DNA of 64,000 nt from an uncultured Bdellovibrionales bacterium. GTDB taxonomy: Bacteria > Bdellovibrionota > Bdellovibrionia > Bdellovibrionales > UBA1609. The notes beneath the pieces were generated by a model, which was not told the DNA's origin, made no database searches, and was given only the letters and a program-made list of their open reading frames with translations. A program made the translations under genes and the position numbers. The DNA lies in NCBI GenBank assembly GCA_938001965.1, contig CALLBC010000007.1:9709-73708 (forward strand), read 5' to 3'. Shown piece after piece: positions 50,978 to 60,848 of the stretch (position 1 is the first letter of the stretch; each line of letters opens with the position of its first letter).

Positions 50978-53671
50978 TTATTGTAATCGAACTAAACTCT
51001 GCTCTAGGCTTTCAATTTGAGTTTTAAACTCCACGAGTTGTTTATTGGCCTCATCAACAATTTCTTTGGGAGCATTAGCAACAAAATTTTTATTGGCCAA
51101 TCTTTTATTAATTCCCATTACTTCAGACTTTTTCTTATCAATCATTTTTTGCAATCTCTTTTTTTCTTCGTCAAAATCTACGAGACCTTCAAGGTGAACA
51201 ACAACATCCACTTTATAAGATTTTAAACTTACCGGAGATACAGCACATTTACTCAAATTATCAAACTGACCAATTTCACATTCACTAAGGCGAGCAATAT
51301 TCATAATATAATCTTTGTTTTCACCTAAAACTTTTTGAGTAATTGCATCACTTGGCAATAACTTAACTTTAATTTTTTCCCCAGGCTTAATTCTATTTTC
51401 ACCACGAATATTTCTAATCGCTGTAATCACATCACAAGTTAAATCAATTTTTCCTGCCACTTCTTCTGAGCCAAGACTAATCCAAGTCTTATCATTTTGT
51501 ACGGTTGGATAAGTATCAATCATTACACTTTCTTTTTTTATAGGGAGCTTCTGATAAATTTCCTCTGTAATAAACGGAGTAAATGGATGTAATAACCTCA
51601 CTAATCTATTTAAGGTTTGAGCCAACACCAGCTGTGTTGCCTTTTTTTGAGTCTCATCATCACCATATACAACAGGCTTAATAAACTCTAAGTACCAATC
51701 ACAAAATTGATTCCAAGCAAAGGTATAAACATATTTAGCAGCATCAGCAAAGCGCATTTGCTCTAAAGCCTCCCCTACATTTTTTTCACACTCGCCCAAC
51801 TTATTAATTATCCATTGGTCAGCCTCAGAAAGCTCACTTTTATTTAGAACGGCTTTATCACCTTCAGCTGGAGCTTCAAAACCCTCAAGAACATTTAATG
51901 AGAACCTTGCAGCATTCCAAACCTTGTTCATAAAATTTCTATAGCCCTCAAGTCGTTGTGTGGAGAACTTTAAATCTCTCCCAGACATTACTGATGATAA
52001 TAAAGTAAACCTTAGTGCGTCTGCCCCACTTTTTTCAATCACTTCAATTGGATCAACAGAATTACCAATTGATTTAGACATTTTAATTCCTTTTGAGTCG
52101 CGCACCAAACCATGTATGTACACAGTCCTAAAAGGAACATCTTTTTGAAATTCAAGCCCCATCATCATCATACGAGCAACCCAGAAAAATATAATATCGT
52201 GCCCTGTAACTAGTACGCTCGTTGGGTAAAAAGTTTTTAAGGCTTCCGAATCATCCGGCCATCCTAGGGTACTGAATGGCCAGAGCGCAGAACTGAACCA
52301 TGTATCCAATACGTCTTCTTCTTGATTGATATTTTTACTATTACAACCCGCACATTCTCCAGGTGAAGTTTCAGCAACAGTAATATGCTCACAATCGTCA
52401 CAATGCCAAGCAGGTATTTGATGCCCCCACCAAAGCTGCCTTGAAATACACCAGTCTTGAATAATATTCATCCAATGAAGATAAGTTTTTGTCCAATTCT
52501 CTGGCTCAAAGTTTGTAGTTCCACTTTCCACAGCTCGTTTTGCTTGTGTAGAAATTTCTTCTGTTTTAACAAACCATTGTGCAGACAAGTAAGGTTCAAC
52601 TACACAGTTAGACCTGGAACAATGCCCTACTGAATGTTTATGGTCTTCTACTTTCACTAAAAAGCCGAGCTCCTCTAAATCACTCACAACTTGCTCTCTA
52701 GCTTTTTTAACTTTTAGACCTTTATAGTTTCCTGCATTTTCATTCAATGTGCCGTTTGTATTTAATAAGTTAATAGACTCTAAGTTGTGGCGCTTACCCA
52801 TTTCATAATCATTAAAGTCATGAGCCGGTGTAATTTTAACTGCCCCAGAACCAAACCCTTTATCCACATACTCATCAGCAATTATTTGTATTTTACGATT
52901 GATTAGGGGAAGTAAAATATTTTTTCCAATCAAGTCAGCATATCGATCATCATCGGGATGTACAGCAACAGCAGTATCGCCAAGCATTGTTTCAGGACGA
53001 GTGGTTGCAACCACTAAAAACTTATCTTTTTCTCCCTCTATAGGGTACTTAATATGCCATAAATGACCTTTAACTTCTCTGTGCTCTACTTCCAGATCTG
53101 ATAAAGCGGATTCTAATTTAGGACTCCAATTTATTAATCTTGTACCTCTATATATCAAACCTTTCTTATATAAATTTACGAATACTTTTTTAACAGACTT
53201 TGAAACGCTTTCATCCAAAGTAAACGTTAATCGATCCCAATCACAAGAATCGCCCAGCCTTTTCATTTGCTCCACAATTCTATTTCCGTACTGATGCTTC
53301 CAGTCCCAAACTTTTTCCACAAATTCTTTGCGGCCCATTTCTTTACGATTTAAACCCTCTTTATCTAATTTTTTTTCAACAACATTTTGCGTAGCAATGC
53401 CGGCATGATCTGTTCCTGGCAACCATAAGGTATTAAATCCAGACATACGCTTCCAACGAATTAAACAGTCTTGAATACTGTGATCTAAGGCATGACCAAT
53501 ATGCAACGAACCCGTTACATTAGGAGGAGGAAGAATTATACAATAAGGGGGTTTTGTTGAAGTGTCTTCAGCTTTAAAATATTTATTTTCTTCCCACCAA
53601 GAGTATAAGCGCTGCTCGACATCCTGAGGATTATATCTATCTGATAATTGGTTATTCTTTGATTCTGACAT
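50978..53671 (-). CDS. valS: Valine--tRNA ligase
   Basis: HIGH motif (PPNVTGSLHIGHAL), KMSKS, editing domain, C-terminal coiled coil. The ORF track starts at 53695, but ATG 53671 (MSESKNN...) has AGGTG 5 nt upstream and is preferred. Confidence 0.95.
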   Translation of the reverse strand: MSESKNNQLSDRYNPQDVEQRLYSWWEENKYFKAEDTSTKPPYCIILPPPNVTGSLHIGHALDHSIQDCLIRWKRMSGFNTLWLPGTDHAGIATQNVVEKKLDKEGLNRKEMGRKEFVEKVWDWKHQYGNRIVEQMKRLGDSCDWDRLTFTLDESVSKSVKKVFVNLYKKGLIYRGTRLINWSPKLESALSDLEVEHREVKGHLWHIKYPIEGEKDKFLVVATTRPETMLGDTAVAVHPDDDRYADLIGKNILLPLINRKIQIIADEYVDKGFGSGAVKITPAHDFNDYEMGKRHNLESINLLNTNGTLNENAGNYKGLKVKKAREQVVSDLEELGFLVKVEDHKHSVGHCSRSNCVVEPYLSAQWFVKTEEISTQAKRAVESGTTNFEPENWTKTYLHWMNIIQDWCISRQLWWGHQIPAWHCDDCEHITVAETSPGECAGCNSKNINQEEDVLDTWFSSALWPFSTLGWPDDSEALKTFYPTSVLVTGHDIIFFWVARMMMMGLEFQKDVPFRTVYIHGLVRDSKGIKMSKSIGNSVDPIEVIEKSGADALRFTLLSSVMSGRDLKFSTQRLEGYRNFMNKVWNAARFSLNVLEGFEAPAEGDKAVLNKSELSEADQWIINKLGECEKNVGEALEQMRFADAAKYVYTFAWNQFCDWYLEFIKPVVYGDDETQKKATQLVLAQTLNRLVRLLHPFTPFITEEIYQKLPIKKESVMIDTYPTVQNDKTWISLGSEEVAGKIDLTCDVITAIRNIRGENRIKPGEKIKVKLLPSDAITQKVLGENKDYIMNIARLSECEIGQFDNLSKCAVSPVSLKSYKVDVVVHLEGLVDFDEEKKRLQKMIDKKKSEVMGINKRLANKNFVANAPKEIVDEANKQLVEFKTQIESLEQSLVRLQ

Positions 53672-53746
53672 ACTTACACCTAAACTAGGGCCCATTGACC
53701 CACTACTACAAAAAGTTAGTCTAAAAGCTTATCAAATAATTGGATT

Positions 53747-54211
53747 TTATAGTATTATTTTTTCCATAAAAATACTGAGCGGATCCTGCTTATAATTCCC
53801 ATAAGGCCCTCTTTCTTTATACCCAAGCTTTTTATAAAAACTTAGCGCCTCAACTTGCCGTATACCCGTCTCAAGTCTTGCAAGTGGTAAGTCTGCCAAC
53901 ATAATTAGTTTTTCAATTTCTTGAGCAATACGGGTTGCTATCCCATCACCGCGGCTAGCGGGATCTACATAAAATCGCTTTAACTCACCATAGCCATCAA
54001 AAAATTTACAAGCGCCTATACCTACTAAACTTCCATCAACAAAGGCTCCTAATAACTTACAATCGGGAGCATCCAGTTCATTAGGCCCCATCAAATAATT
54101 ACTCTCGGGCGGGTATAAACTTTCTTGGTATTTATCTAACTTTGATATTAACTCCATGACCTTATTATCATGGACAGAGACGAAGCCAATTTTTATTTTT
54201 TTTAAACCCAC
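53747..54211 (-). CDS. GNAT-family N-acetyltransferase
   Basis: 154 aa. Motif A region LKRFYVDPASRGDGIATRIAQEIE (R-G-x-G-x-A). Confidence 0.8.
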   Translation of the reverse strand: MGLKKIKIGFVSVHDNKVMELISKLDKYQESLYPPESNYLMGPNELDAPDCKLLGAFVDGSLVGIGACKFFDGYGELKRFYVDPASRGDGIATRIAQEIEKLIMLADLPLARLETGIRQVEALSFYKKLGYKERGPYGNYKQDPLSIFMEKIIL

Positions 54212-54219
54212 TATAACCT

Positions 54220-54540
54220 TTACTTTTCCACTGTTTTAAAACCATTTTCTACAAAATAAACATTTGTATACCCAAGCTCCACAGCCTTTTTCACAGCCTT
54301 CTTTGATTTTTTACTATTTTTACAGACAAAAACAACAGGTGATTCTTTGTTAATTATATTTTTTTCTAACTCAGGCATTGGATTATCCAAAAATTGAATA
54401 GACTTAATCAATAACTTATTCTTATCCGGCAATGGGTCTAAGCTATAAAACGTAAATGGCACTATGCTCGTCGACAAGTTTTCAATTTGAAATCTTTCCA
54501 GCTTATAATCATCAAATTTAAAAAATAAATTTTTTAACAC
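54220..54540 (-). CDS. Rhodanese-like domain protein
   Basis: 106 aa. PVVFVCKNSKKSKKAVKKAVELGYTNVYFVENGF resembles the rhodanese active-site loop plus the C-terminal G(G) motif, but the loop lacks the usual Arg. Confidence 0.5.
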   Translation of the reverse strand: MLKNLFFKFDDYKLERFQIENLSTSIVPFTFYSLDPLPDKNKLLIKSIQFLDNPMPELEKNIINKESPVVFVCKNSKKSKKAVKKAVELGYTNVYFVENGFKTVEK

Positions 54541-54543
54541 TTT

Positions 54544-55758
54544 TTAACTCGCTTTTTTAGCTGCCACTGGCATTTGTTTATACGACTTTATTGCCAACAA
54601 TATTCCAATAAACATTATAAAGCCTGCAAAGAAAAATGGTGATGAAGGGCCATAATCTCTATATAGCCACCCACCTAATATTGGACCAATAATTCTTCCT
54701 AAAGCAGACAAACTCTGCGAAACGCCTAAGGCCTCCCCTTGTTCACTGTCTTTGGCTAATAAACTAATCATTCCATTTACCGATGGACTAATAACACCAA
54801 TTCCAAAACCCAAGATTGTAACTACAATGGCAAGTGAAGTCATTGAATTTGCTAATCCAATACCGGCAAAACCAACACCTGCAGTCACCAAACCTAAGAA
54901 TAACATTTTACTCTCTCCAAGCTTACCTATATATTTTCTAACAAAATAACCCTGAACAAATACCTGTAATAAACCCATATAGGCAAAGCCAAGACTAGCA
55001 ACACCCACACCCCAACCAAACTTATCTTTAACATATAAAAATAATGGAATCTCCATGTTTGCCATAGCCACTGAGTAACATGTGAATATTAACAATAGAC
55101 TGGATACAACAGGGACAGAGAAGTACTTTTTTAAATTTTTAAATCTTGATGATAACTTTTTTTCTTCCGCTTGAGGTTTAATATTTAAACTTTCTTTCAA
55201 ATAAAAATAGGCAAAAACAAAATTTAATAAACAAATAACTGCAGCCATAATTGCAGCAAAACTACTTCCAAATGGTGCGGCTGTACCCAACTTATTACCC
55301 ACTTCAATAAAAAAGTAACCTAGGAATGGACCAACAGTAAAACCCAAACCAAATGCAGCTCCTATCATACCCATAGCTTTTGATCGATTTGCTCGATCTG
55401 TTCTGTCGGCCATATAGGCCATTGCCGTAGAAATATTTGCACCAAAAAAACCAGCAAAAGCCCTCGCAATCACCAGCATATAGAATTCTCCAGCTAGACC
55501 AAAAGCCAAGTGAGACAACCCAACACCCAGTAAACTAATTAGTATTACTGGACGCCTACCAATGCGATCACTTAATTGCCCCCAAAAAGGTGAGCATAGA
55601 AACTGCATAAAGGAATAAATAGCCACCAAAAGACCAATTGAGACTTCATCGGCACCAAAATCTGCAGCCAGGTATGGGTGCAGAGGAATAATTATTCCAA
55701 AACCAACTAAATCAATAAAAACGGTCAAAAAAATTATAAATTGTTCTTTGTTTTTCAT
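54544..55758 (-). CDS. MFS transporter (drug:H+ antiporter/Tet-like 12-TMS type)
   Basis: 404 aa, about 12 TM helices. Motif A GQLSDRIGRRPVIL between TM2 and TM3. Confidence 0.85.
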   Translation of the reverse strand: MKNKEQFIIFLTVFIDLVGFGIIIPLHPYLAADFGADEVSIGLLVAIYSFMQFLCSPFWGQLSDRIGRRPVILISLLGVGLSHLAFGLAGEFYMLVIARAFAGFFGANISTAMAYMADRTDRANRSKAMGMIGAAFGLGFTVGPFLGYFFIEVGNKLGTAAPFGSSFAAIMAAVICLLNFVFAYFYLKESLNIKPQAEEKKLSSRFKNLKKYFSVPVVSSLLLIFTCYSVAMANMEIPLFLYVKDKFGWGVGVASLGFAYMGLLQVFVQGYFVRKYIGKLGESKMLFLGLVTAGVGFAGIGLANSMTSLAIVVTILGFGIGVISPSVNGMISLLAKDSEQGEALGVSQSLSALGRIIGPILGGWLYRDYGPSSPFFFAGFIMFIGILLAIKSYKQMPVAAKKAS

Positions 55759-55841
55759 GCTATTTTTTACTTATAATGTCTTATGGTTAAAAGTTCTCTC
55801 AGTTTATACCCAGATCTGAAACTAGAATCGAGGAAAAAATC

Positions 55842-56939
55842 TTGAAAAGTGCTATTAAAGTTGAAAACGGAGAGTTTTTGAAAAGAATCGTACCTAATGG
55901 TACGTTGAGTTTCAAAAAATTGAGTATTTCAGATTTAAGAGTGCTTTTCATGTTTTTTTACCGATCTCTAGTTTCAGGTTTGGGTATGTACACCATTATT
56001 GCTTTATTACTAACTAGTCACTTAGTTGTTGCTGCAACGCCACCTAAATATAAATCTGGCCAACTCAAAGGTAGCCTACACGCCGAGTATTACAGCACTG
56101 ACTCAAACTATGATAAGGCTGGAGGTGGCTTTGAAAAGTTACCAGGTGAGAATACATTTTCATTTATGTCGGCAAGGCCTGAGCTTGTATATGGCCTAAG
56201 TAACGACTGGGGCATTAGTGGCGCATTTAAGTACACATATGGACAGAGTGAAAACTCTTCTGCACAAAGAACTAACAGCTCAATCACTGATATTGATGGA
56301 AGCATTTATTATAAACTCTACAAGAAGAAATTTTATTTACTCCCACAACTTCACATATCTTTTCCACTCACTACCTTTGACCCCAATCAAGATAATACCA
56401 TCATTAATGAAGGAGCACTAAAAGTTGAAGTTGGCTCATGGATTGAAAAAAAATTTTTAGCACATCGCTTTTATGCCTACCTTGCCTACGCTTATCAAGG
56501 AGACGGCAGAGCCCATCTACTTCCTTGGGAGATTGGAGCATATAACTCCCTAGGGAGACTTTTATACGGTTTTTCAGCCCTTGGAAATGAGGTCATTACA
56601 GATGATGAGCTCATTGCGAGCCCACAAGCCAGAAGTAACCGCACAGATAGCCTTAATGGTGGAAGTAAAAAATTCTATTCAGTAAACCCAACTGAAATTA
56701 ATTTAAAAGGATGGGTTGGCGCACGCATAGCCAAAAATTTTATCGTTTACCTGAAATATAAAAAATCAATTAATGGATCCAACTCTGCAAATGGTCAAAG
56801 CATTATGGCAGAGATCAAATGGAGAATATTAAACCCATACAGTAAAAAATCTATTGAAGAGACTTCTGGATTTAAAATTGATGGAATTAATCAAGACGAG
56901 CAAAAAGCACTTGATAATTTACCCGAAGTTCCAGAGTAA
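55842..56939 (+). CDS. Hypothetical secreted protein (possibly outer-membrane beta-barrel); the true start is probably ATG 55986
   Basis: The ORF track opens at TTG 55842. A signal-peptide-like segment MYTIIALLLTSHLVVAA begins at ATG 55986. The mature part is rich in alternating aromatic/Gly/Ser/Asn beta-strand-like segments. Confidence 0.55.
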   Translation: MKSAIKVENGEFLKRIVPNGTLSFKKLSISDLRVLFMFFYRSLVSGLGMYTIIALLLTSHLVVAATPPKYKSGQLKGSLHAEYYSTDSNYDKAGGGFEKLPGENTFSFMSARPELVYGLSNDWGISGAFKYTYGQSENSSAQRTNSSITDIDGSIYYKLYKKKFYLLPQLHISFPLTTFDPNQDNTIINEGALKVEVGSWIEKKFLAHRFYAYLAYAYQGDGRAHLLPWEIGAYNSLGRLLYGFSALGNEVITDDELIASPQARSNRTDSLNGGSKKFYSVNPTEINLKGWVGARIAKNFIVYLKYKKSINGSNSANGQSIMAEIKWRILNPYSKKSIEETSGFKIDGINQDEQKALDNLPEVPE

Positions 56940-56945
56940 ATTGAG

Positions 56946-57767
56946 CTATTGATCTATTAATGGAAAAGTTGGAAAGGCATTATTCAACTCGTGCTCTGGC
57001 TTACCCATTTGGCTAAATATATTTTTTAAGCTCTCAAAATGTTTTAAATACTCAATAGGCTCTATGGATACACCATTAAAGTATCTATAATGAGTGTAAA
57101 CTTCACCATCTTCGGATACAGGCTGAGAAATAGTTAAAAAATTAGCTTTTTTATTACCACCATGACTTTCAAAATTAAAATCATATTCCCATCGAACCTC
57201 ATGATCTTGGTATTCAGAGCGTATAAACTTTATATAAAATTTTAAACCAAATGCCTCTTTTTCTAAAGTCATTACTTTTTGATAATAATTTGGAGTATCA
57301 AAAGTTAATTTTAATTTTGCAGAGTCCACTTCTAATACAAAGTGTTTTTGCTCTTCAATATTGAACTCACTACTCTTTAGACTTAAATCAATTATACTTT
57401 TACTATCTAATTCACTTAAATTATCGCCATATCTAATAAAACTAACGGCATCGTGCAGATCATCACAAGCAAAAACAACCCAGTCTTGCTTTTTACCTTC
57501 AACACTGACATTAATTACTTTAGCTTGAAAGATATTATCTAATGAGCATTTCTCATTTTGCACAGAGAACACCGTATCTCGACCGTGCTCTTTTACTACC
57601 TCTGATCGGCCACTATAATTTCGTGGTAGCTCAGACTTTTTGGAGCTCAAAATACTGGCGAAAATTTGTTGAAAGGTCTGAACTTCATCTGGTTTTTGCT
57701 CAAAAAAACTCGCTAATGAATTTACAGAAAACATAATAGTAAAAAGAAAACAAATCAACTTACTCAT
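56946..57767 (-). CDS. Secreted hypothetical protein (operon gene 3)
   Basis: 273 aa. Signal peptide MSKLICFLFTIMFSVNSLAS. ATGA overlap with the upstream gene. No family recognised. Confidence 0.65.
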   Translation of the reverse strand: MSKLICFLFTIMFSVNSLASFFEQKPDEVQTFQQIFASILSSKKSELPRNYSGRSEVVKEHGRDTVFSVQNEKCSLDNIFQAKVINVSVEGKKQDWVVFACDDLHDAVSFIRYGDNLSELDSKSIIDLSLKSSEFNIEEQKHFVLEVDSAKLKLTFDTPNYYQKVMTLEKEAFGLKFYIKFIRSEYQDHEVRWEYDFNFESHGGNKKANFLTISQPVSEDGEVYTHYRYFNGVSIEPIEYLKHFESLKNIFSQMGKPEHELNNAFPTFPLIDQ

Positions 57768-58861
57768 CTAGCATCCAAAATTTTCTCATTTTTTACATCT
57801 TGTAAGAGCTGTCTCATTTTATCTAAGGTAATTACAGTATCTCCTGACTCAATAAAAGTAATTATCTCTTCAATTTCCTTTCTCAACTTCTTATTTTTAT
57901 CTTCCGCTACGTCACTAGAAAACTTTGGAATATGTTTTTCAAAAAATAATACAAACAGCTCTTTTGCACGATCTAAATAGCGTAAAGTTTCATACTTTCC
58001 ACAATTCTCTTTAAATGTTTCATAAGGTAGGCCAAATTTTCTAGAACTTTTGGATGAGCGTATTAATTCTTTGCCATACTTATCTCTAGAAAAAATAACT
58101 TCTGATCTAAAGCAAGGGTCAAAACGAGAACGCCATCTTTTGGCAAAAGAGTAAATAGGTGATTCAAAATAAAATTTATAAGAATTCTTACCATGCAAAT
58201 TAGTTGTTTGTGTAAATAGTTGTTTATCAAATAGCCAAACTTTACTCACCACTTTACTATTTTGCGCTAAACTAATCTCACTTGATTTTTCTCTGCTATA
58301 TGTACTTCTGTAAATTACATTCGCGTGTATGCTCCCAAATGAAAAGTACTTTTCCGGAACCTTGTACCTATTCACATTACTGGTTAAATAAAAATCTTTA
58401 AAGTCCTCGTTATTTACCAAAGAAACAGTCCTCTTTTTATGCAAATAAATGTTTCTTTTTTCAAATTTATTAAGGGGTTTTAAATTTTTTCCTTTTATTT
58501 CCCAGTGCTCGGTAAAAAAGCTCTCTGCACCACAGCCTGTATAGTGCACTTCATACTTTTTATGTGTTTTAGTATCAATTAAAACATTAATACTAATTTC
58601 GGCCATTACAGACTTTGTAAAATTAAGGTGACGGCAGTGCTTGCCATCAGATTTAAACGAAACCAAATCTTCACTACTATTATCAATAGTAAAAAACTCA
58701 CTCCATTTTTCTTGAGAGTCAAAAATATTTTTTAATAGCTGCTTTGACATTTGACAAGCATAGTCCATTTCATGGCAACCACTAATATCCTGTGCACAGT
58801 AAAGCCTTGCATAGGCAGTACTAGAGCTTAGTAATATAAGTAAAATTAACCACTTTAACAT
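57764..58861 (-). CDS. Secreted hypothetical protein (operon gene 2)
   Basis: 365 aa. Signal peptide MLKWLILLILLSSSTAYA, several Cys. No family recognised. Confidence 0.65.
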   Translation of the reverse strand: MLKWLILLILLSSSTAYARLYCAQDISGCHEMDYACQMSKQLLKNIFDSQEKWSEFFTIDNSSEDLVSFKSDGKHCRHLNFTKSVMAEISINVLIDTKTHKKYEVHYTGCGAESFFTEHWEIKGKNLKPLNKFEKRNIYLHKKRTVSLVNNEDFKDFYLTSNVNRYKVPEKYFSFGSIHANVIYRSTYSREKSSEISLAQNSKVVSKVWLFDKQLFTQTTNLHGKNSYKFYFESPIYSFAKRWRSRFDPCFRSEVIFSRDKYGKELIRSSKSSRKFGLPYETFKENCGKYETLRYLDRAKELFVLFFEKHIPKFSSDVAEDKNKKLRKEIEEIITFIESGDTVITLDKMRQLLQDVKNEKILDAR

Positions 58862-58867
58862 CAGTGC

Positions 58868-60586
58868 TTATCTCCAAGGAATATGGCCATAATTTTTAGA
58901 CTCAAGATAAACTGAAGAATCAAATATATAGTGATCTAAATAAAATACGGCGGCATTATTAACACCTTGGCTTGACCAGTTAGATTTTTTTCTAACACTT
59001 TCACGATCAATAGACATAACCAGCTCAAACTTCAATGGATTTATTGGAATTTGAACGCCATTCTTAGGCTCAACCCCAAAGTATAGCCCTTTATTTATTA
59101 AGTCTTTAAGTGTTACACTGGCAGAACCACCCCCCATAAAGGTAACATCACTGTCTGGTGTAGTGTAAATTCTTATTCTTGAATTTAAATACTGTTGATA
59201 TCCATCTGGCAATTTACTTGCATCAAGCTGCATATAGTAGGGTTTAACTTTATAATCAAAATCTGTACGACTATTAGCACTCTTAGGGTCTAAATCAATT
59301 GGAGAATTTAGTTTTACTGCAGATACTATTGGGTCATAATCCACTCTTAAGCTAGCCTCATTTAGGTATTTAGCAATATTCATTTCTGCAAATGACTGTC
59401 TTCCAGACACACCTTGCTTACTGTCAGATTTTCTTTCAACTTCTTCTATAAATAAAACACCCATTAGGTTTATATTCTTTTTTACTTTAACATTATTCCA
59501 AAACAACAAACCAGCACCCTTTTCTTTTTGTAATTCAACCGTTGTTAAATCAAAAAGTAATTTTGGCTTATTAAGTTCTACTTCTAATTCAAAAGAAGAG
59601 TGACCATTTAAATTAATTTGTCGTGTTAACGAAAATGAATCGGGAGCGCTACTTGAACCATCGGTAGCCGTTGCGTATTGCAAAGTTCCCCTTTTAAACA
59701 ATACCCTGTTTGGCATACCATCTATAGCTTCAATCTCACCAGAAAATACTAATCCTGTTTTCTCTTTACTGTCTTCATCTGGTGAAGATGTTATGTTTTT
59801 TGCAAATCGAACTTCTTTCAAAGGCTCAGACGAAAAGTACTTACTTTCACGAATCTCTAAAGGCCTAAACTTTTTATAGGTGGTTATATTTCCACCCAGG
59901 TTACCTAAACTTAATTTTAAAGATAATAAGCCAGTGCTTGCGTTTTTAATATCTAATGAAAACACAGAGGCCAAAGACTGCAAGAAGCCTGAGTCACCAT
60001 CTTTAGTGTTACTCACTACTGAATCATTAGTTAGGCTGCCAGATCTTGAAGCCTGAGTGGTGTCCTCGTCCAACATTCCATTAAAACCAAGCTTAAAACC
60101 AGTTTCTTTACGTTTGTTAAATTCATAAATAATAATGTTAGCTACAAATGATCTTTTCTTAGAACCTAGCTTGGCTTTGTCATGTTTTATTAACCAATAC
60201 TCAATAAGGTCCTTACATTTAATACCAGTTTTATAATCAGCATCACCCTCTTCACCCATAGTGCATTTACGCGATCCAGATCTAAATTGAACTCTATCTC
60301 CAGATGCTCTTTCAACTTTAGTCTCTTTCCCCACCACATGATGATGAGCTTCCACAAAACGACGACCTTCTACAGCACCAATTTCACTACGAACAATATT
60401 TAAGTACTCAGACATTTCATCTTCACTAATATTTGTTGGTGTATAAAAACAGGTTTTTCCACCACTAGCACAATCGGTGTATGCCTGGTTAGTTACTGAG
60501 TTTATTTTTGCTTCAGCCACTAAACCAACTGACTGAATTGCAATAAAAACAGACAAAATTATATTTTTCTTTGTAATATTAAACAT
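58868..60586 (-). CDS. Secreted hypothetical protein (operon gene 1)
   Basis: 572 aa. Signal peptide MFNITKKNIILSVFIAIQSVGLVAEA. AGAGG RBS. No family recognised. Confidence 0.65.
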   Translation of the reverse strand: MFNITKKNIILSVFIAIQSVGLVAEAKINSVTNQAYTDCASGGKTCFYTPTNISEDEMSEYLNIVRSEIGAVEGRRFVEAHHHVVGKETKVERASGDRVQFRSGSRKCTMGEEGDADYKTGIKCKDLIEYWLIKHDKAKLGSKKRSFVANIIIYEFNKRKETGFKLGFNGMLDEDTTQASRSGSLTNDSVVSNTKDGDSGFLQSLASVFSLDIKNASTGLLSLKLSLGNLGGNITTYKKFRPLEIRESKYFSSEPLKEVRFAKNITSSPDEDSKEKTGLVFSGEIEAIDGMPNRVLFKRGTLQYATATDGSSSAPDSFSLTRQINLNGHSSFELEVELNKPKLLFDLTTVELQKEKGAGLLFWNNVKVKKNINLMGVLFIEEVERKSDSKQGVSGRQSFAEMNIAKYLNEASLRVDYDPIVSAVKLNSPIDLDPKSANSRTDFDYKVKPYYMQLDASKLPDGYQQYLNSRIRIYTTPDSDVTFMGGGSASVTLKDLINKGLYFGVEPKNGVQIPINPLKFELVMSIDRESVRKKSNWSSQGVNNAAVFYLDHYIFDSSVYLESKNYGHIPWR

Positions 60587-60848
60587 TTAACAACCTCTTT
60601 CTGATTTTTTATAGAATTATGACACAGTACATTAATATCTATACTCCTTCAAATTAATGATAAAAATAACCCACTCATTTGTAGTTTTTTCCCATCAACC
60701 TACCCTTGATTTCACCTCAGGATATGGAGCCCTAGTACTTAAAATTTTTAAGTAAATTAGGTGCTTAGCAACCTTGAGTTCTAATGTAAATTAAGGTAGT
60801 TATTTGAGCTTACACCTACCAAATCAGGTGATGTGCTTGGAGGCCATA

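Noticed and set aside
53672-53695. 8-codon N-terminal extension of valS, and the 15-codon extension of the ABC ATPase (60804-60848)
   Set aside because: The downstream ATGs (53671 and 60849) each have a good Shine-Dalgarno (AGGTG, GGAGG) at optimal spacing. The upstream starts have none.
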